Under the pieces are notes generated by a model. The model ran no database searches and was not told the origin of the DNA. It saw only the letters and a list, made by a program, of their open reading frames with translations. Positions 28,835 through 41,029 of a DNA stretch of 64,000 nucleotides are shown here, in pieces. The DNA is taken from NCBI RefSeq assembly GCF_009914755.1, contig NC_060926.1. One strand, written 5' to 3'. The position numbers and the translations under genes are program-made. The number at the start of each line of letters is the position of its first letter. Position 1 is the stretch's first letter. The DNA comes from the human T2T-CHM13v2.0 reference genome, Homo sapiens.

Positions 28835-29395
28835 CTGAAGCAAAATTAAAAAGACTAGTTAGAGTTTAAATCTGCTTGATTCTCTGTCCCAAAAGGGCAA
28901 AAACTACGTCTGTGTCATTCATAACTGAGATCCCGGCCATTTAACAGTCAAAAGTTCTTATTCCATATAATATACTAACAATTAATGAAATGATAGGTGA
29001 CAAAAAGCTGATTCACAAAACATATTGAAGAGTATGTGAAGTACACAATTCTTATTTATCTTTCCCATAATTTACTGTGTGAAGCTCAGCCCAGTGAAGT
29101 TTTTGGCTTGAAGGCAATCCATTTGGCAACGAGAAACATGCACCATACTTAATTTCAGTTTACTTTTATCAGCTGTGTGAAATATTTACAAAGTATGAGA
29201 AAAGTGCTTCTAATCTTACACAAATAAAAATATTCTGCAGAAATCCTGAGATTCACAAAATGATTCTAAGGGTGTTCAACTAGAAAACTATGTATAAGAA
29301 AACATAATTTAAAAAGCACAAAATGTAAGTGTTGACATGAAAATCATAAACTCTATAGTTCTTTACAAAGTTTACTCAAGATGATTACTACTCAC

Positions 29396-29476
29396 CCAGT
29401 GGGCTGGTCCCATTGGCTTCTTCAGTAAAGGCTTTCCCACATGATTAGGTGGAACTTTTGCTAATGTTTCCTTTAA
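29396..29476 (-). CDS. FAM98A: FAM98A exon 5
   Basis: tgtcag|TTA...TGG|gtgagt; 81 nt; LKETLAKVPPNHVGKPLLKKPMGPAHW. Confidence 0.95.
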
Positions 29477-29669
29477 CTGACACAAAAACATAAATAAATG
29501 AATAAAAACTCTAAAAGTAAAACATCCTCATCTTCCCAATTCCCATCATATCTTGCCATCAAAAGAAGATTCCTGACAGAGGCAAAGGTGGAGGATGTTT
29601 TGAAATGCAAATGTAAAAGACCCACAAGATAAAGACACTCACTGGTCCCACTCCTCACGCCTACAGAAG

Positions 29670-29742
29670 TCCTTCATTGCACCTAGAACAGTGCCTGACA
29701 ACAGTAGGCACTCAATGAACATTTGCTGAATGGATGAATGAA
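29670..29742 (+). mobile_element. L2 LINE 3' end
   Basis: cacctagaacagtgcctgaca...gtaggcactcaatgaacatttgctgaatggatgaatgaa. Confidence 0.75.
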
Positions 29743-30490
29743 CACACAGGAAAATATGGACTATGGATACACTGCTGCTCCCCTGTAGAGTTCAGCCAAA
29801 TTTGTGCATCATGGTGCTGGTCTACCCCACAATGCAAATGTACCAATTCTTAAGAGTCCAGCAGATAAGCGTATAGGGAATAACTGTGCTATAACAAATA
29901 CCATTCTCTTCTACTCATTTTTGTTAAAATTGCTTGTTCCTAATTAATTATATAGAAAATCTTAACTGATAATGTGTGGTATAAAAATAATTCTAATTTC
30001 TTTTCACATACTAGATTATGTTAGCAGTCAACAAATCTATTTTGTCAATTGAAGCATGAGGTTTGAAGTGACTGGATTAAAAAACAAAAATATTAATATC
30101 CTTTCTGTCCAGTCAATGGGGAGGAGGGTGGTAACATTTAGTGATAAAGAACTTAAATTGACTGTATCAAAGTTCAATGATAAAATAATTTTTAAAAGGA
30201 CTGAAATCTTAATCCTTTTTACATTATATCTAGCTTACTTTAGCTTACAAACCAGTGTAAAGTTTCCTTTTTGAAAAAGAAACATGCTAACATGTTTTTA
30301 GGAAAATACTAAAATACTAATTTATCTTTAAGGCATCTAGGATTTAAAACCCAAAACTCATTTCGTAACAATTACTTAATAATATATGCACATTAGGTTC
30401 CCATTAAGAGAAATTAAATTAATTGCTTCATTTCAAACAAATGTAGGACTATGCCTTTAATACACTACAATTTGGTACTAAAGGTCTTAC

Positions 30491-30675
30491 TTTTTTTTCA
30501 ATCCCGCTGAAGAATTGGAACATAGTTATATTGGCTGGAGGTTTGGACATTCCTAGAGCAATACATATGCCTTTCAACTCTTGAAAGACCTCACTACCGC
30601 CTCCTTCTTGAGCTTTTTTTGGAGGAGCATTCACACAGAGCATTCTGGCAGCTTCTAGTTCTGAGATGAGGTATG
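30491..30675 (-). CDS. FAM98A: FAM98A exon 4
   Basis: cttcag|CA...AAA|gtaaga; 185 nt; YLISELEAARMLCVNAPPKK...FSGIEKK. Confidence 0.95.
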
Positions 30676-31898
30676 CTGAAGTAAACAAAATAAGATTTCA
30701 AAATGAGATACAGCTATAGTTATAGTCATAAGTCTGGAGTCACAACTATATAGACCTATTGATATGTAACTGTTAAAGCTGCAAGAATGGATAAAAACAA
30801 GAAAGAAAAACTACTTTTACCTGCAAATGAAATAAGAAATAAACTGGTTATGTAATTCAGTTATTTAAGCGATATATAATGTTTAAATGTTAATTTTAAA
30901 ATAAGCGATTCTCTTTGAAACCGAAGGATCGAGGTAAGTAACATCTAAAAATTTGGAATCTTGAATTCTGGTATTAAGGAACCTCCAGAACAGGGGTTGG
31001 CATCTGTTAAAAATTTTGCAAAAGAAGGCAGGTGACCAATTTTTAATGACAATTAATTTTTTTTTTTTAACTTCTCACTACTTGTGAGCATCAATGACAC
31101 AACTACCTTGCTCTCTTGTCTCCCATTAATTAGGAGCCTGTCCAGAAGAGGTGTGAAACAACATTTATAAGAAGTCAAAGCTTAACTCACAGGAGAAGCA
31201 GGAAGGCACCCCAGAGCTCCTTTCCCATGGTCTCCAAATCTTATGTTGCCCTCTGGCTAATCAAAGAGAGCCCTCTTTCATCTATATTCTTCTCAGGACT
31301 CCCTTCCCCCTACTTTCCTCACCCCATTCCCTTCAAAACAACCATAAAACCTTCAAAGCACTTTTTGGCATGGTTCCCTTTGTGTCAGTATCATCCCCTT
31401 GTGTGCTGATTTCAGCCTGCTATAATGGGGGCTGCAATCTGTTTCAGGTAATTCAGTTGAAGGTATAAATATTCAATCTCATTCCTTTAACATTCCCAAG
31501 GACATTTCAATTTTTATAAAAGATGATTAAGAATCATTTGAATCTTAGGATTTCTGGTTATGTGACAAAGTGAGATTCTTCTGACAATATAACAAAACCA
31601 GTTTTGGGAAAAGATATTTTCAAGGCCCTCAGGTCCTATTAGAAGTAGAAAAAAGTCAACTTGTGTATCAAATTTCCTATACCCAAAATGTAATGCTAGA
31701 AGGACAGAGGCCATAATTTTGGCAAATCATTTCTGAAAGGCTGCCAACTCCTGTTCTAAAACAATAAATACAGCTAAGTTTCTGGAAAGGTCATTCTAAA
31801 TGGATTTGACACTGTAAAATCTTAACATGTTCCATACAGCAAACTGTATTTATGAGTTAAAACGTCAAAACAGTAAAACCCCACTGTTAAGACAACAA

Positions 31899-32077
31899 CC
31901 ACTGTTTTTGTACATAAGGTTTCATTAGGACACTGCCACACTCACTCATTTATATATTGTCTATGGCTGCTTTCATGCTGTAACAGCAAAGGTATGTAGT
32001 TGTGACAGAGAACTTAGGGCCACAAAGCCAAAAATATTTACTATCTGGCCCTTTTAGAAAAAGTTTGCCAACTCTTG
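31899..32077. mobile_element. MER58A (hAT-Charlie)
   Basis: catttatatattgtctatggctgctttc...aaaatatttactatctggcccttttagaaaaagtttgccaac. Confidence 0.78.
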
Positions 32078-34235
32078 TTCTAGAAAATCATATACTATAT
32101 GATTTAATATATTGGTTCTGTAAATTTGGGATAACATAGTTCAGGTATTCACAAAATTAGGTTACCAATATAATTATCATGAAAAAACTTTAATCGTAAT
32201 CAGTATGTTCAAAGCACTGGGAAAGGCACTGAAGATAACATTTTTTAAAACATCAAAAAGATGACCTCTTCCGATAATCTAGTTAGGAATAAAGAGTATA
32301 TGCAAAAATAAAAGATGAATAGTTCTTCATCTATTAGGAACTCAGACATCTTACTTAATTTACGTAAGGGCAACACTCTGAGAACCATAAAAGGCCAATG
32401 AAGAGCCAAACAGAGTCCTTAATCTGATACATGAGAGCTTTTCAGCCTCTCACTCAAAGGCTATTCTATTTTGCCAACAATTCTAATGAGGCTGGTTTGT
32501 TTTCCCCCCTAAAATACAATGTGATAAAAGATTCAAGTTAGTGAGGTAAGGGTGCTGGAAAAGTAAAATTATAGCATCCAGATGTGACAACTGATACTTC
32601 AAAAGATGAGAAATATTTACATAGACCAAGTCAAAAATGAGTACATGTAGGTAAATGCTAGAATGAAAGAGAGGTTACAAACTGGGGAGAATATTTTAGA
32701 AAGGGAGAATCGGCAGAAGCAAAGATAAAGAGGGAAACAGTGTGTATATATGTATGTATGAAGAATATAAAAAGTGAGTGACCTCTAGATGATTTAGTCA
32801 TTTAATTGAAGAGCAAATAGTGGTATATTCTTGAAAAGCATTTGAGGTGATGATAGCAGATTAAAATAAAGTCTAGAATTATGACCCTGAGTCCAAAATA
32901 ATGTTCACTGAAGTCTGCTTAAGAAACAGAAAAGTGTGAAAGGCATTTTATACTTACATTCAAGTGGTTTGTATAAGTATCAGTGCTAAAAAGGCCAAAC
33001 TCTGAGCTCTTTGGAAGAATTAGCTATTCAGGGTCACTAGTAAGCATTCCACACAGCTATTATCTTCCTATGTAGATAACATATTCTAAGTGCCAAATAT
33101 TGGTAAAGGATAAGCAATGCTATAAAGGAAGAATCAGCTGAGTATACTGCTATTGAATCAGTTACAGAAATTGTACAATATGAAGAATATTAAATGAATA
33201 TGTAAGAACTACCAGCAGCAATATCAGTATCTAAAGCAACACCTAACCTTACGTGCACATTCCCACAATAACAATCATTTGACAGACAAAGGGGAAGTTA
33301 CAAAAGTGATTCTGGAATAACTTAGTGCCTAAGTATAATGGCTATGAACACTTTTTTTTTTTTTAACAGAACCTTAAAAACTGAAGTTGTATAATTTTTT
33401 CAGAAACCATAATAGAGTTGTAAAAACAAAGATTTTAAAAATCCTCTGAATTGTCTGTCATAATGAGAACTATAATAGCCAGTTAACCAAAGCTTAATGT
33501 AAATGTGCTTCAGAATGCTACATAAATTCTGAGTTAAGACTATAGGTTGTATTTATTGGAAAGTTTATAGAAGGCAATAAAATTTTTGAATCTACTTACT
33601 GTTTTTCAGTGTGAAGAGACAAAACAGTAGTAAGTATGTAAAAAACATGGAAGGAAAGAACTTTTCATAAAAATTCATTTCTCAGAATAAGTACCAGAAC
33701 AATGCAAGTATTATTCCAGAATATTTACAAACAAAACCAAAATCCCCAATTACCCAACCACAAAGAAATAGCAACAAGACAAAATACTTTAAATTACATT
33801 AACCATTAACTGTATCTACTATTATAAATGCTTACTCTCCTCAAAGAAATGAATTTCTAAACAAAATCTCCATTATTTCCATACTATCTTCCTAGTATAC
33901 TTAAAAATGTGCTTCTAGTCTAAAATGTAAGTTTAATGATCACACACTTGAGCAACACTCCAAAACTACCAGTGATCACATTAGGAGAAGCACAACGGCC
34001 TGAGTACCACTGAGGCTGAAATATTGAAAGAGTATCAGTTACAAAAACAATAATGCTACCAGTGCACACGTCTACCCTCAGCTCCTAAATTGGAAATTTA
34101 AGAAAGTTTTATTTTAAAATGAATTTTGAATTACATTCATAATGAAATAAACAAACAAAAAACCATGGTCAGTTTATTAGTCATGGAAAACATAAACAGA
34201 AAGTAATAGCTATATTCTAGTAGCCATGAACTTAC

Positions 34236-34370
34236 TGAGCAAGAGGAGGCAGTTCTTCTGAATGAGAAGGCGCTTGGTCACATCCCCAGATGTCAGTGAA
34301 AGATACGGGCAGTTCATCTCCCCTAGTAGCCCACTCACCTCAAGCTGGAATTCTTCAGCTTCACTCGGAC
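34236..34370 (-). CDS. FAM98A: FAM98A exon 3
   Basis: ttaaaag|GT...CTCA|gtaagt; 135 nt; PSEAEEFQLEVSGLLGEMNCPYLSLTSGDVTKRLLIQKNCLLLL. Confidence 0.95.
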
Positions 34371-34524
34371 CTTTTAAGAATTAAAATAATCTTATTTAAT
34401 GATAGTGATTATTTTTCCATTAGCATAACAATTATTATATATAATTGAAATTGTTAACAGGATTTTCATAACTTGAGTTTTTTCCCCTTCTAATTTATCC
34501 TTTCTTACACCACTGCAAAGTTTC

Positions 34525-34826
34525 TTCTTTTTTTTTCTTTTTTGAGATAAGGTCTCTGAGGCCTAGGCTGGAGTGCAGTGGTGTGATCAGGGCTTACTGT
34601 AACCTCAAACCCCTGGGCTTGAAGGATCCTCCTGTTTAAGTCTCCGGAATAGCTGGGCCTACAGGTGTATGCTACCATGCCTGGCTAATATTTAGAAAAT
34701 TCTTTTGTAGAGACTAGGTCTCAGTATGTTGTCTAGGTTAGTGTCAAACTCCTGGCCTCAAGTTATCTTCCCACCTTGGCGTCTTCAAGTGCTGGGATTA
34801 CTACAGGCATGAGCCACTGCTCCCAA
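34525..34826 (-). mobile_element. Alu (AluJ-like), FAM98A intron 2
   Basis: Diverged Alu, polyT first on the plus strand. Confidence 0.85.
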
Positions 34827-35277
34827 TCTAAAATTTTCTTTCTCAGTGTTCATTAGGTCATTCTCTTATTTGGGAGTCTTTAATGGTTCCCTAATTTCTC
34901 CCTCATCCAATCTGATTTTTTTCTGTCTGCTTTTAAAGATTCTTCATAGCTGCTTAGGTTTGTTCTTCCCAGCATATTCAGCTATAATCACCTACATTCC
35001 CTCCACAAATATTTCCTGTGTGTGCCAGGCCAGTCTCCTCACTGTCCCATGAATAGCCAGTCTTATTTCCACTCTGTGCCTTCATTTAAGTTATTCCCTG
35101 TGACAGATATGTCCTCTACTCTCTTCCCCTCTAGCAAATCCCACCCATCCATCAAAGCCCAGTGGCCTTGCTCCTTGATGAAACCTTCCTTGTACTTGGC
35201 TGAAACTTCACCCTCGTACTTGCTGATTTCCTCTCTCTGTGAACCACAAAGTGGTTCAGCATTTAAGTACTGTACTT

Positions 35278-35576
35278 GGCCGGGCACGGTGGCTCATGCC
35301 TGTAATTCCAGCACTTTGGAAGGCCGAGACGAGTGGATGGTTTGAGTTCAGGAGTTCGAGACCAGCCTGAGTAACGTGGCAAAACCCCGTCTCTAAGAAA
35401 AATAACAAAAATCAGCCAGTTGTCGTGGCACATGCCTGTAGTCCCAGCTACTAAGGAGGCTGACCTGGAGAATTGCTTGAACCTGGGAGGCAGAGGTTGC
35501 AGTGAGCCCAGATCGCGCCACTGCACTTCAGCCTGGGTGACAGAGTGAGATCTTGTCTAAAAACAAACAAACAAAA
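35278..35576 (+). mobile_element. Alu, FAM98A intron 2
   Basis: Full Alu; TSD-like actgtactt on both flanks. Confidence 0.9.
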
Positions 35577-36109
35577 GGACTGTACTTATCTCCAGTTGTT
35601 TAATTTGTGCCTAACATTCTCAATTAGAAAAAATTTGAAGACAGCAAACATGACTTACAGTCTTGTATTCCCACAGCATATAAAAAAAGGTATAGAGTTC
35701 ACTGGGTGAACCAAAGGAAAAACAAAGCTCTTTCTTCATTATTTTGATTGTTCTCTATTCACTATCACAAAGGGGAAGAAATTAACAAACTCTGAGAGAG
35801 TCACTTGATCACCTGAGTCCATTTTCTAATCTGTAATACAGGAAGCCTACATTATGAATATTTTGCAAACTGTGATCTGTGAGCCCTTGAGTTCCACAGA
35901 GCTCTTTTAGAGGCAGCTGGGAGGATGAGGAGGAAAGAGCTGGGCTAAAGGTACCTCGTCTCTACTTTGTTAGAATACCTTCTAACCTGTTTTACATGTT
36001 AGCTTCTGTATCATGTTTCATTTGAGAAAAAGGGGCTCCAGGTTAAATAGAGGTATCATCTAGTACTGGTGTTTTCAAAGGTTCCTACAGTCTCTCAAAC
36101 ATCTGGTCA

Positions 36110-36360
36110 AGAGGCAGTATAGCACAGTGTTCAAGCACACTGGCTCAGAACTTGACTACTGTTCTGGGGTTGAAACCAGGCTTCACCCCTACAGGTTGTA
36201 TGACCTCAGGCAATGTATTTAAATTCTCTGGGCTTTCTTGTTAAAGGTATAACAGTAATAAAACCTGCCTCATAGGGTTGCCCTGAGGTTTAATGAGTTA
36301 ACACATATAAAGTGTTTAGAACATAGTGAGTACACAATAAATGTAAGCTGTTGCTATCAT
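36110..36360 (+). mobile_element. MIR SINE
   Basis: gaggcagtatagcacagtg...tgacctcaggcaatgtatttaa...cctgcctcatagggttg...taaagtgtttagaaca. Confidence 0.75.
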
Positions 36361-36439
36361 TACTGTTACACTATACTCTCCTTAATAATTAGAACTGAAT
36401 GCAACTAACACGTACACATTAAATATACCAGCATGCAAG

Positions 36440-36715
36440 CCATCATCCTCCACAAACTAACACAGGAACAGAAAAAAAACATCACATGTTCTCACCACTA
36501 AGTGGGAGTTAAAAAATGAGAACACATGGACACAGGGAGGAGAACAACACACACCAGGGCCTGTTGCGGGTTAGAGGGTGAGGAGAGGGAACTCAGAGGA
36601 CAGGTCAATAGGTGTAGCAAACCACCATGGCACACGTATCCCTATGTAACAAACCTGCATGTTCTACACATGTATCCCGGAACATAAAGTTAAAAAAAAA
36701 AAAAAAAAAAAAAAA

Positions 36716-36717
<2 letters not shown>
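36440..36717 (+). mobile_element. Short 5'-truncated L1PA 3' end
   Basis: aaactaacacaggaacag...aacacatggacacagggagg...gcaaaccaccatggcacacg + polyA; TSD remnant agcatgcaag. Confidence 0.88.
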
Positions 36718-36754
<37 letters not shown>

Positions 36755-36804
36755 TACATACACACACATATATATACACACATATATATACACATATATA
36801 TACA

Positions 36805-36839
<35 letters not shown>
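36718..36839. repeat. Compound (TA)n/(CA)n/(CACATATATATA)n microsatellite
   Basis: Directly visible. Confidence 0.95.
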
Positions 36840-37601
36840 TAGCATGCAAGAAGGTGAGCTCTTCAAAACGTGATTATGTGGAAAAAAAGGAATTATATGT
36901 ATAGCTCTCCATAAGGGTGGGTTAACAGGTGAGTATTTTCCTTGGTCTCCTATTATAGGTTTACCTACAGCAGGAAGGAACCAGATGGTAGAGTGGTAGG
37001 TTCCAAGCTTTTGCCTCTTTTGCAGTGTCGACAAACTAGTGCAACAGTGGAAACAAAATTGGTAAATGCAGAACAGCTCTCAGATCCATAAATTTGATTG
37101 TCCTGGATCTCACTGTGATGTATCTAACGATGCATTCTTATGATAAACAAAATGTCTTAACAAAGTGTTCTCTTTCTCCCCAAGCATAACAGAATAATAA
37201 TGCATTTACTCTACATGCTATAGATGCTTCTAGAATCTGGTAATCCTAAAAGAAAAATATCCCAGTATCTAGTTCTAGCCATCAATCTAGGATCTTACAT
37301 TTAACATCTTACAAAATATAGGAAGTTCATACATTCTATGCTTGTGGTCTCCATTTCTCTGTATCCCAGTAATAGGGTCTTTTCAGCATCCACGAATTTT
37401 TAAGTTACATGACTTTATTCTGGTATTTCAACTTCTGAATCACCTCTAAAAACAACGGACGGAAAAAAAATCTTGGCTTCTTTACAAATTTTTTACATTT
37501 ACAAAAACTTGCAACTTTCAGCTTTAGTATTGATAATGTTCAGTTGACAATACCTCAATGTTATTTTTATACTTTGTACCTAAAAGTGAATGTTTACTTA
37601 C

Positions 37602-37750
37602 TGTTAGTTGCTTGCACGTTTTCCTCTAGTTTACAGAGCACTCTTAATTCAGACACCAGCCAAGCACAGAGTTTGGTAAACTCGGGGGAACTGGCTCCAG
37701 CAGAGACTGCCTGAGAGAGCGCTCCATCTTCCAACAATGGGCCCTTGTAA
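37602..37750 (-). CDS. FAM98A: FAM98A exon 2
   Basis: caccag|T...ACA|gtaagt; 149 nt; YKGPLLEDGALSQAVSAGASSPEFTKLCAWLVSELRVLCKLEENVQATN. Confidence 0.95.
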
Positions 37751-38187
37751 CTGGTGAGCAAGAAATTACATTTCAGAAGAAAATACAATCATACCTAATA
37801 TATTACAGATAAAACATATCTATGTCTTATTTATATAAGCAATAATTTAATAAAGATAAGTTAGTACTTATCTTTATTTTAAATGGACAAATATAAACAT
37901 AATTTAGAACTATACTGAACCATTACAAAAAGCAGCTAAATGGTAGCTGCATTTCAACCTTTCAAAATGTAGGTGAATATCTAACAGAATTGCATATACT
38001 ACTAAATTATGTCAACTTCTGTACATTTACTAAAAGCTTCCATTGTAAAAAGATTTATTTTCTTACTGTAATTGAATTGAGTATTAAAAGCAAATTAACA
38101 AGTAATAGCTAATTATACTGTAACTTATTTCAGAAATAAAACTTAGGTTATCTTTTCTAAAAATTTTCCAGAAAACAACTAGATTAT

Positions 38188-38316
38188 GTTTTTATTTTGA
38201 GATGAGGTCTTGCACTGTCACATAGGCTGAAGTGCAGTGAAGGCACAAGCCACCAAACCTGGCTTTTTTTTTATTTTTTATAAAATAGCCAGGGGTCTTA
38301 CTATGTTGCCCAGGCT
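38188..38316 (-). mobile_element. Internally deleted Alu fragment
   Basis: ttttgagatgaggtcttgcactgtc... and ctatgttgcccaggct pieces. Confidence 0.65.
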
Positions 38317-38722
38317 TAGTTAGGTTTTTAATGACTTCCTTTAAAAGTAAAAACTTTCCAGTTAACCATTTATATCATTTTTATAAATTTAATGCCAGTT
38401 AAGACTAGTAAGACATTCTAGTACCAAAGAAACGTCAGGTTAGCTTAATAAATATTGGCAGTTAATGAACTGGCGCATCTGAATCCTAATCCTTTGTAAG
38501 TGATTCCAATATAATTTTAAAAAATTTAAAAATGTTCAAACATTCATAAAAGATGACAGTCAGAATGAACTCCAATCACCAATATTCTAAAATATAAGAT
38601 TTCTGTCACTCCAAGTAATCTTAAATACATATTATTCAGATTGCTTTACATTCTCTTAAATATTGATAATAATGCTTACTTAAGATGATACAATAAATAT
38701 GCTTAAGATAATATAATGTTTA

Positions 38723-39023
38723 GGCCAGGTGTGGTGGCTCACGCCTGTAATCCCAGCACTTTGGGAGGCCGAGGCAGGCGGATCACGAGGTCAGGAGACC
38801 AAGACGATCCTGGCTAACACGATGAAACCCCATCTCTAATAAAAATACAAAAAAATTAACCAGGCATGGTGGAGGGCGCCTGTAGTCTCAGCTACTCAGG
38901 AGGCTGAGGCAGGAGAATGGCTTGAATCCAGGAGGCAGAGCTTGCAGTTAGCCGAGATCGCACTACTGCACTCCAGCCTGGGCGACAGAGCAAGACTCCG
39001 TATCAAAAAAAAAAAAAAAAAAA
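38723..39023 (+). mobile_element. Alu (AluY/Sc-like), FAM98A intron 1
   Basis: Full Alu; TSD aagataatataatgtt. Confidence 0.93.
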
Positions 39024-39324
39024 AGATAATATAATGTTGAGAACTACAGGTATGTTAGAGAAATGACAGTTCTCAATCCCTTTAAAATATGATTATAGGT
39101 TTATACAGTATATGCAACAAAATGAAAACAAATCATACATAAAAAAATGAGATCACATGTAGTCTGGCATCTAGATTTATAAACTATGTATTATTAGACA
39201 CTGAAATCAAAAGACTAGGCCTAGAAGTTTCTCCTTGAGTTTCACATTTAGACTTCATTAGTTTATTCAACAAGTAGTTACTGAATTCCTACTGTGTGCC
39301 AGGTAAGAGATAAAAGATGACTAT

Positions 39325-39460
39325 TTGCCAGGATCAGTGGCATACACCTGTAGTCCCAGCTACTCCGGAGCCTGAAGTGGGAGGATCGCTTGAGGCTAGG
39401 AGTTCGAGACCAGCCTGGTCACCAGAGCAAGACCTCATCTCTTAATAAATAAATAAATAG
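39325..39460 (+). mobile_element. Alu monomer (FLAM-like)
   Basis: Left-arm monomer with (TAAA)n tail. Confidence 0.75.
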
Positions 39461-41029
39461 AAAAGGTAGTCATTTAATTCTAATATTTCTCAGTTAATCC
39501 TTTAAAAGTACATTTCAGTTAATTAAGGCTGACTTTTAATATTTGAATGCCACCAAACTAAGTAGTTAAGGTTAAAATTTATAACAGTTTTCAGAAAATC
39601 CATGGTTTACATTACACTCTATGTCAAGTAGTTATGTGATTACAATTACTACAGTAACAATTACTTGTACAGTACCCAAAAGAATAAAAAGTTAAAAAAA
39701 GGAGGGGGAAAAAAAAAGACAATAATGGGAAGAAACAGCATCCGTGGCCAATTCTTAAGTGACCACTATCCATGCAGAAAGACTACATTTAATAAGGTCT
39801 ACCCCCTTCCTTTCATTCCACTCATTCCACTACAGTACTATAGTGTCATTTATTCCAGAAAGAAGCTTCTAGGATTTCATTTCCTTTCCCAGTAAAGGGA
39901 CCCTCCTCAGGGCTCCTCACAGCATATTTTCCCAGTATCCTGTGAACCCCTCTTCCACCTCACCTTGTACTCTAAGGGCCTAACACTGCCACAAAGAAAC
40001 TGTTCCTAAAAAAGTCCTAATGAATGAATGGTTTCATGTGTGAACAAGCGATTCAGTCTGAGATGTCAACTAAAGAGACTATTTTGCTGAATGACTTTAA
40101 CATATGCCCTAATGAAAGAAAGAAGCCCCCTAAAGTCTGGAATATTTATAAAAATTCAGAGCAAGTTTCCAAGAAAAGAACAATAGTATTTCACTGTGAC
40201 AAAGACAGATGATAAGCAAGACTACTTCGTTCCTAAAAATTTCTACTAGGGTAGTAAATTATTCAAATAGGCAGACTTTGGGAATCCTCAAGGTGTTTTT
40301 TCCTAAAGAAAGGTTTCTCTCAAAGGTTTCCTTGTCATGGAAAAACCTAAGAGAAAATTTTGATAAAGAACTTGTTACTTAGAAATACAGCTAGCTAAAT
40401 CTGTACTTTGTTTTGATACCGTACCTGTAGGTAAGTATCTAACCATACAATTTGTTTCTGGAACCACATTTAGCCCAAGAGGGTCCACGTTCTCAAGTTT
40501 AATAGAGTACACTGATCTGGGTGACCCAGTGAGATAACAAACCCTATTTCCAGCTTCTAGATACTGATGAATTATGGTTGAATAACTATCAGGAGAAGGA
40601 GAGACACAATGCAAAACAAATACGCAGGTTCTTCGTGGGTGAAGACGACCCTGGTCTAATGGGGCTCAACGAGGCAGAGTATCACAGAGTCAAAGCAAAC
40701 TGCTGGTGGTTCCCAGGGACGTGGTGATAGGTTAGATGCACAAGCGAGCTGGCCAGCGGAACAGATGCAGCGCCCATACAAGTGGCTTAGCGAAGCCTGG
40801 GTGCATGCAGAGATGACTGGGCAAAGGAGAAATTTTGAGAGAAGTGGGGTGGGGTAGGAGGAGGGGCTCAAGATGGGAGTAGGAAATTTGGAGAACAAGT
40901 AGGAAAGCAGAATCAACTTTGGCAACCTTTAGAGTTGAGGGGTTAAGGGGTAGGGCAGGAGGATGAAGCGAGGAGAGAAGCTCGGGGAGTGGGGGTGGCG
41001 AAAATCAGAGCCCAGACAATGACACGCAT

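Noticed and set aside
36605-37034. CV/YI/TH-repeat ORFs (also 46332-46700 and 7147-7368)
   Set aside because: Translations of dinucleotide microsatellites
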